The position numbers and the translations under genes were made by a program. A stretch of DNA of 32,000 bases. Origin: Candidatus Micrarchaeum sp. (GTDB taxonomy: Archaea; Micrarchaeota; Micrarchaeia; Micrarchaeales; Micrarchaeaceae). This document shows positions 8,515-18,011 of this stretch, piece after piece (positions within the stretch are counted from its first letter, which is position 1; every line of letters starts with the position of its first letter). The stretch covers positions 390,001 through 422,000 of the forward strand of contig NZ_CP060530.1 of NCBI RefSeq assembly GCF_016806735.1, given 5' to 3'. Under the pieces are notes generated by a model. The model saw only the letters and a list, made by a program, of their open reading frames with translations. It did no database searches and was not told the origin of the DNA.

Positions 8515-9552
8515 TCATAATTTCTGGTCATTAATTATTTTTCTTATTTCGATTGCATAATCCTCTGGCATTATGTTGCTACCGTAATAACCTAGCATCT
8601 GCATGGGCCCTATATCGGATATCCTCGGCGTTACCTCGATGTGAAAATGAAAATCCTTCTCGTATTTTAGGCTGTAACCCAGTATGTTATACGGATGGGT
8701 TCCGAAATATGCGTTGTTGGCAACTACTATTTTATTGCACACTGACAAAATGTGAGCCAATTCCTGGTCGCTCAATTCGCTGAGTGCGCTTACGTGCCTT
8801 TTTGGCATGACTACCGTTTCGCCGGTATACAGCTGTGCGAAGGGTGCAAAAGCAGCCACGTCTTCGTCTTCGAAAATCATCCTTTCCTTTTCCTTTTCAA
8901 TTGCATGTTCAAGAAGGCAGGAACGCTTCTTGCTCTTGAATTCTTTTACCCTTTCGAGCCTCATTTCCATTATGCCTTTTATTCGGGCAAATCCGATAGT
9001 CTGCCAGTGCGAATGGGATAAAGTGCCGCTGCTTTTTCTGCCAAAGTTCTTGTTGAGGTAGACAAAAGTTATATCTTTGTCAAGTAAAATCCTCCTTTCC
9101 GTCTCTGCCATGGCGCTGGCAAGGTCTTCAATTTCGCCCTTGGAAAATTGCTCGAACCTCTTGGCGTGTTCTCGCGTATCTATTATGACAAAGCTGTACC
9201 CGAAGTTTGACGATCTCTCAAATATTCCATCAGCATCATGGATATTAGCTGCCCTGTGCTCCAAAATGGGGTACTTGTTGTATATCACCCTTACCCTCCA
9301 GGGATTACCTATCTCAAAAAACGTTTTGTTGAGCTCATATTTTTCTGGCTCGAACGGGCAGTACTCCCTGCCTTTGTCTTCTACACTCTCTTTGGTAATG
9401 TAGTCTATGGGTCTGTCCTTTCTCGACAAAGCAAAAATAGATGAGCACCCTGTCCTATAATCGGTTCTTATCTCTCCATATCCAAATGGGTTTTTAGGAA
9501 TAGTTTCTTCAATATCGGGATTTTTACTCTTTTTTTCCGCATCCATGTACAT
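8515..9552 (-). CDS. GalT/HIT-superfamily nucleotidyltransferase (galactose-1-phosphate uridylyltransferase-like)
   Basis: Contains an H-x-H-x-Q active-site-like motif (SGTLSHSHWQTIGF), a CPFEP motif near the N-terminus, and a second half-domain with FHFHIEVTP. The start is set at MYMDAEKK (9550-9552) because the ORF-track extension to 9645 runs into tRNA-Thr. TATA-like tatttaag sits 22-29 nt upstream. Confidence 0.55.
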   Translation of the reverse strand: MYMDAEKKSKNPDIEETIPKNPFGYGEIRTDYRTGCSSIFALSRKDRPIDYITKESVEDKGREYCPFEPEKYELNKTFFEIGNPWRVRVIYNKYPILEHRAANIHDADGIFERSSNFGYSFVIIDTREHAKRFEQFSKGEIEDLASAMAETERRILLDKDITFVYLNKNFGRKSSGTLSHSHWQTIGFARIKGIMEMRLERVKEFKSKKRSCLLEHAIEKEKERMIFEDEDVAAFAPFAQLYTGETVVMPKRHVSALSELSDQELAHILSVCNKIVVANNAYFGTHPYNILGYSLKYEKDFHFHIEVTPRISDIGPMQMLGYYGSNIMPEDYAIEIRKIINDQKL

Positions 9553-9603
9553 CAATAATATAGATAAGGAATCCTTAAATATCCTTGCGGAATGGCTGTA
9601 TAT

Positions 9604-9677
9604 AGCCTCGAGAGGGATTTGAACCCTCGGCCTTCTGCTTACCATGCAGACGCTCTACCATGCTGAGCTACCGAGGC
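9604..9677 (-). tRNA. tRNA-Thr(GGU): tRNA-Thr, anticodon GGU, no intron
   Basis: Read on the minus strand: GCCTCGG-TA-GCTC-AGCATGGTA-GAGC-G-TCTGC-ATGGTAA-GCAGA-AGGCC-GAGGG-TTCAAAT-CCCTC-TCGAGGC-T. This gives a full cloverleaf with a 7-bp acceptor stem, T-loop TTCAAAT and anticodon loop A-T-GGT-A-A. Confidence 0.9.
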
Positions 9678-9690
9678 ACGCTTGATGCAC

Positions 9691-9715
9691 TATTTTTTAA
9701 CTATAAACGTATAAA
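9691..9715. promoter_or_regulatory. AT-rich divergent promoter region (tRNA-Thr / ksgA)
   Basis: tattttttaactataaacgtataaa. The ttttttaa at 9693-9700 lies 22-29 nt upstream of the ksgA ATG at 9722. The reverse complement offers ttatagtt 22-29 nt upstream of the tRNA 5' end. Confidence 0.4.
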
Positions 9716-9721
9716 ATCCCT

Positions 9722-10528
9722 ATGTTTCAAATGAACCCAACAATAGAAAGGATAAAGGCACTGCGTGCAAACAGGAAGCTAGGCCAGAACTTCATGGTAA
9801 ATGAGGCCATAGCAGATTCTGAGGCAGAATATGCCTCCGGTCGTTCCGTAGTCGAGCTAGGCCCAGGCCTAGGTATGCTGACCGGCAGGCTCTGCGCCAA
9901 GGCAAAGAGTGTGTTAGCTGTCGAGCGCGATGAAAGGCTTTACAACATACTTTCCGAAGAGCTCAGGTTCGACAACCTGATGCTGATAAACGGCGACTTC
10001 TTCAAGCAGCCCGATTCCGTATTCAAAGGATGCGACATAATGGTGTCAAACATACCGTATAACCTGTCGAGCAAGACGATATCGTGGCTTTCGAAACACA
10101 GGATGGAAGCACTGCTTTGCGTCCAGGAAGAGTTCGCCGAGCATATGCTTGCAAAGCCGGATACTAAGAAATACTCAAAGCTGAGCGTGGCCACATCGCT
10201 TATGTTCAACGCTTATCAAATGATGAGGGTGCCGCGCAATAATTTCTATCCGGTTCCAAATGTTGATTCGATGCTCGTATATCTTAAGCCTAAAGCTGAA
10301 GAGACAAAACCGGAAACGATGCGCATAGTATCACTAATAATGGAGCACAAGAAAAAAAGCCTCAAGAATGCTATAATAGATTCGCAGAAGCAGCTTGGCA
10401 TAACAAAGGAGGAAGCCGCAGCCATTGCGGGTGATTTAAGTTTAAGTTCTGACAAGGTGTTCAAGCTTACGCCGGAGCAGATAGCAAAAACGGCAAAGGA
10501 ATTGTCATCTTTAATAAAAGGTCCGTAA
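9722..10528 (+). CDS. ksgA: 16S/18S rRNA (adenine-N6,N6)-dimethyltransferase KsgA/Dim1
   Basis: LGQNFMV motif, SAM-binding VVELGPGLGMLT and catalytic SNIPYNLSS. 268 aa, the typical length. Confidence 0.9.
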   Translation: MFQMNPTIERIKALRANRKLGQNFMVNEAIADSEAEYASGRSVVELGPGLGMLTGRLCAKAKSVLAVERDERLYNILSEELRFDNLMLINGDFFKQPDSVFKGCDIMVSNIPYNLSSKTISWLSKHRMEALLCVQEEFAEHMLAKPDTKKYSKLSVATSLMFNAYQMMRVPRNNFYPVPNVDSMLVYLKPKAEETKPETMRIVSLIMEHKKKSLKNAIIDSQKQLGITKEEAAAIAGDLSLSSDKVFKLTPEQIAKTAKELSSLIKGP

Positions 10529-10540
10529 TGCTGTGATAGT

Positions 10541-10557
10541 TTTAAATAATTTAAAAA
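10541..10557 (+). promoter_or_regulatory. TATA-like box for the giant surface-protein gene
   Basis: tttaaataatttaaaaa. The tttaaaaa at 10550-10557 lies 22-29 nt upstream of the ATG at 10579. Confidence 0.4.
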
Positions 10558-10578
10558 GATAAGCAATATAAAGTGTAT

Positions 10579-13500
10579 ATGATGGGAAAAGCTTTATTAA
10601 AAGCCAAGCCGGTTGCTTTTTATGCTTTGGCGGTTATGATTTTGCTATCACTGTTAGCATCTTTTTCTATTGGGCAATCCTTATCATATCAAGCTGCTCC
10701 AAATTCCAGCATATTAAAACCTCCAATAATGACGCCAACATTCACTTGTCCTAGCGGTACAAGTGCCCAGAGCAATGTAGTATACTCGAGCAATACGGTG
10801 CTTGGATCAGATGTTTGCGCATTTAACATACTGGTAAAAAAGAATGTTGTACTTCAAACTAACGGATATGCGATATATGCGCTCAGCACTTTCATAAATA
10901 ACGGCACTGTAGAAAACAGGAATGGTGGCAGCGGCGGGTCATCCTATTCGGATTTGAGCGGCAACGGCAACGGTGGCAATGGCCCTGATACCAGCAGCTT
11001 AACTGGCTCATTGGCTGGTGGCAACGGAGGCGCTCCAAACTACCAATCATTTAGTGTAGGATTCACTGTTGCATGGGGTTCAGGCGGAGGCGGCGGTGGT
11101 GGCGCAAACGCTACTGGTGGGTACAATTCGTCACATAGCGGCAACTCACAAGGCGGCAACTATGGCGGAGGCGGAGGCGGCGGAGGCGCTTGGGCAGGCG
11201 GCGGAAATAATGGTGCCAACGGCGGAGGTTACATAGAAATTTATGCGGACAGATTCATAAACAACAATCTCATAACTGTCTCTGGGCATAATGCGAGTGG
11301 CTCTGCTGCTTGGGCAGGCGGTGGCGGTGGCGGAGGTTTCGTTTATATAGAAATAACTACGAGCATACCAAAATATGCGGTTTTGGGAAACATAGATGCC
11401 AACGGCGGCAACGCTGCCGGGGTATCCCATAGCTCCTACTGCGGTGGCGGAGGCGGAGGCGGCGGAGGAGTCATAGAAATAACTACAAATTATGGCATAC
11501 TTCCTACACAAACATATCAAGGATTTTCTTCAAGCTATCCTGGCCTAACGTCAAATGGTGGATCAAATAGCGCAGAGGGCAGTACTCCTTGTGCAAATGG
11601 CAACCCTGGCAGCGACGGTGAAATAGCCATAACGAATTTGCCTCCTGTTCCACCTCCGAGCGGTTGCACGGGCCCAGGCAAAACTTATACTGAAACCAGT
11701 GGCTACTGCGTTTTCATTAATTCCACTTATATAACAACACCATATCCAGATGCGTTGGGTGGCTCGTTAGAACCTTCTAAGGGATACACATCGGCCCAGC
11801 CTACAACGGCAAACCAGCTCAACTATGAGGAGCAGAACGCCCAATGGCTGCTTACATGCCCAATAGCTCCGAATCCTCTTTATACTGCCGACTATTTCAA
11901 TACTTCAACGCCACAATTCATATCTGGAAACAGGTGCCTGGCAAGCACGAATCCCCTAAGCACCACAATAACAATTAATACGACTGTTTCATGGTCTCGC
12001 AATACGATAGCCAATTCCACAACAAAGTTCACAATAACGAACCCAGGTGTGCTTACAGTAGCGAATCTCGGATATTCGGGTTCTGCACAAATGATGAACT
12101 CGTCATATGCAATATCCAACATATATAACACGGAGTCTTATATATTCAAGCAGCCAAGCACGACAAGTGAATCTGGGGTGTGGACCTGGACGCTCGAGTT
12201 TGTGAATTTCAGCAAGCTTACAGGCAGCCAGATTTCGAGCCTTTCCCAGAAAAAGAGGGAATTCCCAAAGCCCGACAGCCGCTTCCCGTATCTAGAATAT
12301 TATAACAGCACTAACGACTGTCTGTACAACTACACTTATTCCGAGTCGGTGGACTTCAAGGGCATACAAAACCAAAAGATACCGATACCTGTAAATCTCC
12401 CTTATGAATTGCCCCAGAGGATAATATTTCAGAATGGCTCAGTTGCTGAAACTTCCAGCACTGCACATGCAGGAACCGGGTGCGCCCAATGGCTGTTTTG
12501 GGATGGCGGCGTATACGGCGGCACAGGTTGCAGCTTTAATAGTCTAAACGAAGTATCAAATTCCGCAACATTCTATTATGCGAATACAATACAACCCGGA
12601 GGCTCTGGCTGCATTGCTGGCAGTTGTCAGGGTCATACATCTTACGTGTACACTGCAAACGACTTTGTAAAAGGGGTAAACAAATATGCAAACGATTATC
12701 TCGTTGCTACGGCAAGCTATAAAGGATTTGGAGGTCCTTTTAACGGTTGCTATAATCCATTAGGATGCCTATACGACTACAGAGCTTATGCGATACCTTC
12801 CTCGCAGCTACATTTCTCCGAGGTGGCTGCAATACCTTACCTGCTTTACAACTTGTCAACACCTGCTACTGTCAGCGACGTTAACGGCAGGACAAGATAT
12901 CTGAACGAGTCGTATGACTTATACAGCCCACATAACTATCTAAACCCTAACGACCTTGAGCCATATGGGTTGCATACTGGCTCTTCATTCTTCGCCACCC
13001 TAATCAACAGCTCCGGCTCTTATTTTGTGGAGTATCCATATTCATCTGTATCTATGACTTCCAACGCAGCTTTCGACGACCCGAATCCGGATTTCATAAC
13101 TGCGCTTAACACAAGCCAGCAGCAGGCCCAGACTAGCAGCTCCAACCCTCTTTCGGCGCTGTTAAGCAAGCCAGTAGGGTTGTTCAAGTCCGGGGCTGTG
13201 CTTTCCCCATCATACGCAATCGCGACCCCTAACGACTTCATATACATAATAAATCACACTGTGTCGTCGGGCTTGTTCAATACGAACACGAAGAGTTACC
13301 TCTATACTGTAAGAATGATACCTTTTGGCTATTACAACCTTACAAACATACAGCCCAACTTCGCTGTCAATTCGCTTGCAACCGATTCGCCGTATAGCAC
13401 CAATTCGCTGTGGGTTACGGCATGGGAATCATATTGGAAAGACGCCCTTGCGGAGCAGGGCCAAAACTATTACATAACAAATCTTACCAGCATATCTAGC

Positions 13501-16500
13501 AGCAATACTTATGCCTGCTGGTCATGGACACTCAGCTGCGTAAACGGCAAGAATGCAGTGCTAAAGGCATTTATCCCTACGTCGGTAACATCGGACTATG
13601 CTGATGACATATTCCTAGCCGGTCTGGACGGCAAAAATAGCAATCTTGAGCTTGCAGCGTACTTTACCAACTATTCTAGTTCTAATCCAAGCGCAAGCCA
13701 GGTCACTCACGTCATAAGCCCGTCAAGCGATGCAGGCTTCAAACTGGCCCAAGAAATAGCTACGACCTCTGGAGGCCAGTTCTTATACCTGTCTAATTCG
13801 AGCTACCCGAACATACCTATGTTCTCGTCAAATACCTTGACATACGAGCGCAACATTAGCCTTTCGTATTCCAACTTAACATATAATCTGAACATCTCTT
13901 CATATCTGGCGCACGGAGGACCGTTCGGAAGCAACACCGTGGCAGCGGCTTATTCGGGCACTGCCAATACTCTTGACGTTTCATCAAATCATCATCCTCT
14001 GGCCATATTCGACTACGGTGACCTTCTCTACGTAATTGACGACTGGTCATTTACTGTAAATGGCTTGCCATCGAGCATAATGACGATGCGCGTATTTTTC
14101 CCTAACGGCACCGCCATACCTATCGACGGGCAAAATTATGACGACATGATAGCCAACGCCTCATATCCCGGGGTGGATCTTTCAGGAGTAAACATATCAA
14201 CTACCGTTTCAGACCCCCCATATGGGTGGCCGCTCTCGGCAAACATATCTGTGGGAAACGGCAATTATGTTTCATACTGCGCTGCGGGATGCGAATACGG
14301 CCCCTCAAGCAGCATAAACTACAACGGATATCCTCCAATAGGGCCTTTCATTACCACTGGCGGTTTTCCATCTCCCAACCAGAACGACCTTGGCTTCTAT
14401 ATGAACTACAACGGCACGGCCTACATGATAGCGCACGTGCTGGTGCCTGCGACTTCAGGTTCCTGCTACACAACTAGGACAGGCAGGTACTGTTCTCAAC
14501 CCACATACAAAGGAATGTACACAGAATTCCTTAGGTTTGTGCCGCAGGTGGTTAACTACACCAAGATATCGCTTTCATCCTACGCGAATTATGGATGCCT
14601 GATAAATACGTCAACCAGTGGCGTATGCGCCCAAAACAACTACATATCGCAGATATATCCTCCATTCGCCGCCGCACCTAGCCCTATTAAGTCGGTCCTT
14701 GGCGAAGGCTCGGCAACTGATTACTACGATGCACAGGCGCTTTCGGAATCTCTCTTTCCGAATGGCCTCAGCGGCTACGGAAGCAGTTATGCCTCAGGGC
14801 AGGAAAGCGGAATCAACAGCCAAAGCTCGAATACTGCCCTCAACTCTGGCCTTACAAATAATGGGATAAGTTCAATACTTCCAGGATCTACTGTAGCGAG
14901 CTTCATAAAGCTTACCTCTTCTGTAGGAGGTTACGCCCTTATACCTTACAATGCTTCATATACTGTGACAAAATCTTGGCAGCTTATAAGCACCGATCCA
15001 TCTGGCTGCACGAACGTGCTTCCATCAAACACGACCCTTACGTATAACAGCTATTCGGTGCTGCAGGTCAATGCGACTCCATCTTCCTCGAATGCTCTCG
15101 TAGAGGGAGGTCCAACTTACTTTAAGGACATACTCTCAAATTTGTTCTACAATGCCAACATATCCGATAACAATTCCATAATATCCCCGAGCTCGGCATA
15201 CAATATATTTACCAACAGGCTTTTCGGCTCGGTGATGCTCAACCAGAGCATAAACTCATCCGGAGCTTCGGTACAGAAGATGATAAACTATTCCAGGATG
15301 TACAACTACAGCCTTTACAACGTATTACAATCGGCTGGCGGAACGGATTACCCTGGGTACGCTTATTCAAAAGTGGAGCTTGCCAATATAAGCACAACGC
15401 CCCCCTCCAACACGCCCGTTTATGGGGTTGCCAATTCGCTCATAACCAATCCAGTTCCATTTAACGGGAACAACATATTCACATACGTTAACAATTCGGA
15501 GACCAGCTTTGCCAACCTGTTCCAGCAGTTCACGTATTTCAAGTACTACGACCTGATGTCAATATCGTTCCCGAACGACGGACAGATACTAGGTTACAAC
15601 AGGCTGATCTACGTACTTCAGGACTCCTTCAACAACACAATATACGCACCCATGGATCTGGACATAGCAAATACTACTGTGATAAACGTGAACGTCAATC
15701 CGATAGTGAGTGCAATCAACGCCAACCAGACACTACTTAACATAAGCGGCTCTGCAGGTTACGTATCTGGAATATACTCAAAAAGCTTCGTGCCTCTGCC
15801 AGAGGGATCAAAAATATATCTTTATTACGATACGCCGCTCAATTACTTCAATTCCTCGGAAAGCCCCTACGTGTCAAGCCAGCTTGCGAACTACTACACG
15901 TATGCAGAGAAATGTGCATTTGGGGCGAATCCTGGGGCGAAATGCAATTTCGCAGATCCGCTAAATGAATACATACAGGGAAGCACAGGCGCTCTGGAAG
16001 CAAATGCTATATCATATAACCCTCAATATAACAGCTCCGGCGTATGTGCTGCGCCTCCAAGGCATAGCCTGCTAAATATAACCGTTCCGACGGATTGCAG
16101 CATATACAACAATACTGCGGTTGTACTTCCGAATACCGTTGTTGGCAACATACCGGAAGCAGCGTATACGCGCTATTGCGAGCCAGAGTATAACAATGGC
16201 ACCGGCGTGCTGACTTCGCAGCTTGGCCTTGCAGCCATAGTAAGCACCAATAGCAATGGCGGATTTTCAACAAACACTATAACCGCCTGTGGCACCGGAA
16301 CCGGCCAGATAATTGCAAAGTACTACGGAGGCCCTGGCCCAGAGCCGCAGAAATACTCACAGCCGTCAATAGCCAATTCCATATTGTCGCTAAGCCCTAC
16401 GCAGACTGCCCTATCTACATACGAATACAATTATTCATTCGCACCAAACCAGACATCTGCGTCATTTAACCTAGGCAGCTATTACCTCAGCATGGGAGAC

Positions 16501-16611
16501 ATAAGCATTGCGCTTACGCTTGTAGCAATAGCTGGAATAATTGCCTACCAAATATCATCAAAGCGCAGGCAGTTTTCAGGTATTGCGCACGCCAGCAAAC
16601 GCTCCAGATAA
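10579..16611 (+). CDS. giant (~2010 aa) secreted, C-terminally membrane-anchored, sequon-rich surface protein (S-layer/adhesin candidate)
   Basis: Has a Sec-type signal peptide (MMGKALLKAKPVAFYALAVMILLSLLASFSIGQS). Composition is rich in N/S/T/Y, with many tens of N-x-S/T sequons. The C-terminus has a TM helix ISIALTLVAIAGIIAYQI followed by a basic tail SSKRRQFSGIAHASKRSR. The ATG at 10579 is preferred over the GTG at 10573. Confidence 0.85.
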   Translation: MMGKALLKAKPVAFYALAVMILLSLLASFSIGQSLSYQAAPNSSILKPPIMTPTFTCPSGTSAQSNVVYSSNTVLGSDVCAFNILVKKNVVLQTNGYAIYALSTFINNGTVENRNGGSGGSSYSDLSGNGNGGNGPDTSSLTGSLAGGNGGAPNYQSFSVGFTVAWGSGGGGGGGANATGGYNSSHSGNSQGGNYGGGGGGGGAWAGGGNNGANGGGYIEIYADRFINNNLITVSGHNASGSAAWAGGGGGGGFVYIEITTSIPKYAVLGNIDANGGNAAGVSHSSYCGGGGGGGGGVIEITTNYGILPTQTYQGFSSSYPGLTSNGGSNSAEGSTPCANGNPGSDGEIAITNLPPVPPPSGCTGPGKTYTETSGYCVFINSTYITTPYPDALGGSLEPSKGYTSAQPTTANQLNYEEQNAQWLLTCPIAPNPLYTADYFNTSTPQFISGNRCLASTNPLSTTITINTTVSWSRNTIANSTTKFTITNPGVLTVANLGYSGSAQMMNSSYAISNIYNTESYIFKQPSTTSESGVWTWTLEFVNFSKLTGSQISSLSQKKREFPKPDSRFPYLEYYNSTNDCLYNYTYSESVDFKGIQNQKIPIPVNLPYELPQRIIFQNGSVAETSSTAHAGTGCAQWLFWDGGVYGGTGCSFNSLNEVSNSATFYYANTIQPGGSGCIAGSCQGHTSYVYTANDFVKGVNKYANDYLVATASYKGFGGPFNGCYNPLGCLYDYRAYAIPSSQLHFSEVAAIPYLLYNLSTPATVSDVNGRTRYLNESYDLYSPHNYLNPNDLEPYGLHTGSSFFATLINSSGSYFVEYPYSSVSMTSNAAFDDPNPDFITALNTSQQQAQTSSSNPLSALLSKPVGLFKSGAVLSPSYAIATPNDFIYIINHTVSSGLFNTNTKSYLYTVRMIPFGYYNLTNIQPNFAVNSLATDSPYSTNSLWVTAWESYWKDALAEQGQNYYITNLTSISSSNTYACWSWTLSCVNGKNAVLKAFIPTSVTSDYADDIFLAGLDGKNSNLELAAYFTNYSSSNPSASQVTHVISPSSDAGFKLAQEIATTSGGQFLYLSNSSYPNIPMFSSNTLTYERNISLSYSNLTYNLNISSYLAHGGPFGSNTVAAAYSGTANTLDVSSNHHPLAIFDYGDLLYVIDDWSFTVNGLPSSIMTMRVFFPNGTAIPIDGQNYDDMIANASYPGVDLSGVNISTTVSDPPYGWPLSANISVGNGNYVSYCAAGCEYGPSSSINYNGYPPIGPFITTGGFPSPNQNDLGFYMNYNGTAYMIAHVLVPATSGSCYTTRTGRYCSQPTYKGMYTEFLRFVPQVVNYTKISLSSYANYGCLINTSTSGVCAQNNYISQIYPPFAAAPSPIKSVLGEGSATDYYDAQALSESLFPNGLSGYGSSYASGQESGINSQSSNTALNSGLTNNGISSILPGSTVASFIKLTSSVGGYALIPYNASYTVTKSWQLISTDPSGCTNVLPSNTTLTYNSYSVLQVNATPSSSNALVEGGPTYFKDILSNLFYNANISDNNSIISPSSAYNIFTNRLFGSVMLNQSINSSGASVQKMINYSRMYNYSLYNVLQSAGGTDYPGYAYSKVELANISTTPPSNTPVYGVANSLITNPVPFNGNNIFTYVNNSETSFANLFQQFTYFKYYDLMSISFPNDGQILGYNRLIYVLQDSFNNTIYAPMDLDIANTTVINVNVNPIVSAINANQTLLNISGSAGYVSGIYSKSFVPLPEGSKIYLYYDTPLNYFNSSESPYVSSQLANYYTYAEKCAFGANPGAKCNFADPLNEYIQGSTGALEANAISYNPQYNSSGVCAAPPRHSLLNITVPTDCSIYNNTAVVLPNTVVGNIPEAAYTRYCEPEYNNGTGVLTSQLGLAAIVSTNSNGGFSTNTITACGTGTGQIIAKYYGGPGPEPQKYSQPSIANSILSLSPTQTALSTYEYNYSFAPNQTSASFNLGSYYLSMGDISIALTLVAIAGIIAYQISSKRRQFSGIAHASKRSR
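11083..11469 (+). repeat. four in-frame (GGN)7-9 triplet runs encoding polyglycine, each followed by an x-IEI-type hydrophobic strand
   Basis: Runs of 7 Gly at 11083-11103, 8 Gly at 11164-11187, 7 Gly at 11317-11337 and 9 Gly at 11443-11469. Protein context is GGGYIEIYADRF, GGGGGGGFVYIEITT and GGGGGGGGGVIEITT. Confidence 0.85.
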
Positions 16612-16649
16612 ATATTTATATTAAGCAATGCGTATAATTATTGAGAGAA

Positions 16650-18011
16650 ATGCTCTGGTTAATACCCGTGCTGCTAAGCTTTGACATAATAGAGGCAATA
16701 GTGCCTGTGATAATAATACTGGTTCTAATCGCCGCCGCAGCTGGCCTTACTAGGGGCACGGACATATTCGCGCTCTTCGGCCTGGGTACCATAATGGGTT
16801 TCGCAAACGCAGGATCAGGGCGCGTAGGCAAGGGCTTTAAGGGCACCAGGTATGGTGCAGATTCAATAAAAAGAGGCAGAGCCGCAGGCAAGGCGAAAAA
16901 GGGCTTAATCAAGAAAGCCAAAAAAGCCAAAGCCAACTATGCTCAAGCGAAGGCCAAGGCTCCTGCAGCGCGAAACAGGTTAAGGATGCAAGCCAAGAAC
17001 AGGGTTAATAAACGTCTTGCAAAGCTCCAAAAGAAGGGCTTGGGAAATTCACCAGGAGCAAAAAAGCTTCAGGGACGGCTAGCCAAAATAAATGCCTCTA
17101 TAAACGCCGATACTAAGGCTCGTAAAGTCGCGGATAAAATACTGGGAAATCCTGGTTCCAAGATGGCAGTATCAGGTCTTGCAGGGGGAATGGCGCTTTC
17201 AGCCGCAAGCATAAGCAAGCTCAATGGCAAAAAGATATCGGGTCGTGCTTCCAAGCTCAACTTCCAGTTAAATAATCAAATAAAAAAAGAAAGTGACCTT
17301 AAACAGCAGCACATGATACACGGAATCTACAAGCAAAGAGTAACCGATTTCGATAAAATTTCGAAGGCTACGAGATATGCTTCGATAAGCAAGAATGGAG
17401 TAAGAATAGGGCACGTGCCGAGATTCAATAATTACGTCAAAACTATAAATACTAAGACAGGCACCCCTGTAAATGTCTTGAAAATACCAAAATCAGCATT
17501 CTTCCAGAAGGGTGCAACTACTGCAATTGGCATGTCGTTACTGCAAAGACACTGGACCAAGCAGATAGAAACTGGGAAGCCGAATGCTGCAAGGGCAGAA
17601 AGGAGACTCGGAAAGCTTAACGACATAGTTGCAAAGATGCACTATGGCGAATCTTCAGCAACTTCAGCCTTCGAATCGGCCAAGCACGGGCAGCTGAGAT
17701 CGAATACTGCAAAAGGCCTTAATAATCTAGTTTCTTTTGGCCTGCCGATGCCTGGTGGAAGGCTCGTAGGTGCAGCAGCAGGGAGACGTTACCACGAAGA
17801 AAGACTTCAAAAATTCCCTAACGAGGACTATTGGACTTACAGGGATAGGTCGAGCGATTATGATAAGATAAGGAGGGAAATGAACGTGTCAAAAGACCAC
17901 ACAATTCTGCATCCAATAGCCGGAAGGCACGGTTCAGCAAGCATAGAAGAAAAACGCAAAAAGGTGTGGCTTGATGCGTACAACGAAGCTTTGAAAGGCA
18001 TTAAAAAGTAA
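16650..18011 (+). CDS. membrane protein with an extremely basic Lys/Ala/Arg-rich domain, unknown function
   Basis: The ATG at 16650 is preferred (the TTG at 16641 is in the track). The N-terminus has about 3 hydrophobic helices (LWLIPVLLSFDII, IVPVIIILVLIAAAAGL, IFALFGLGTIMGFANAG). A basic stretch follows: KRGRAAGKAKKGLIKKAKKAKANYAQAKAKAPAARNRLRMQAKNRVNKRLAKLQKKG, and the basic composition continues to the C-terminus. Confidence 0.7.
   Translation: MLWLIPVLLSFDIIEAIVPVIIILVLIAAAAGLTRGTDIFALFGLGTIMGFANAGSGRVGKGFKGTRYGADSIKRGRAAGKAKKGLIKKAKKAKANYAQAKAKAPAARNRLRMQAKNRVNKRLAKLQKKGLGNSPGAKKLQGRLAKINASINADTKARKVADKILGNPGSKMAVSGLAGGMALSAASISKLNGKKISGRASKLNFQLNNQIKKESDLKQQHMIHGIYKQRVTDFDKISKATRYASISKNGVRIGHVPRFNNYVKTINTKTGTPVNVLKIPKSAFFQKGATTAIGMSLLQRHWTKQIETGKPNAARAERRLGKLNDIVAKMHYGESSATSAFESAKHGQLRSNTAKGLNNLVSFGLPMPGGRLVGAAAGRRYHEERLQKFPNEDYWTYRDRSSDYDKIRREMNVSKDHTILHPIAGRHGSASIEEKRKKVWLDAYNEALKGIKK

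Noticed and set aside
8515-9645. Full-length 376-aa ORF for the GalT-like gene
   Set aside because: Its first 31 codons run through the 3' half of tRNA-Thr (9604-9677, same strand). The true start is taken as MYMD at 9552, which also has a TATA-like box at the standard spacing.
11083-11469. CRISPR-like or other non-coding tandem repeat
   Set aside because: The repeats are in-frame Gly codon tracts inside a long ORF, with irregular spacers that encode protein. No CRISPR-type repeat-spacer periodicity occurs anywhere in the window.
11146-11520. 124-aa minus-strand ORF rich in Ala/Ser
   Set aside because: It is the antisense shadow of the (GGN)n polyglycine region of the giant surface-protein gene. 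Its low-complexity composition is a mirror of the Gly codons.
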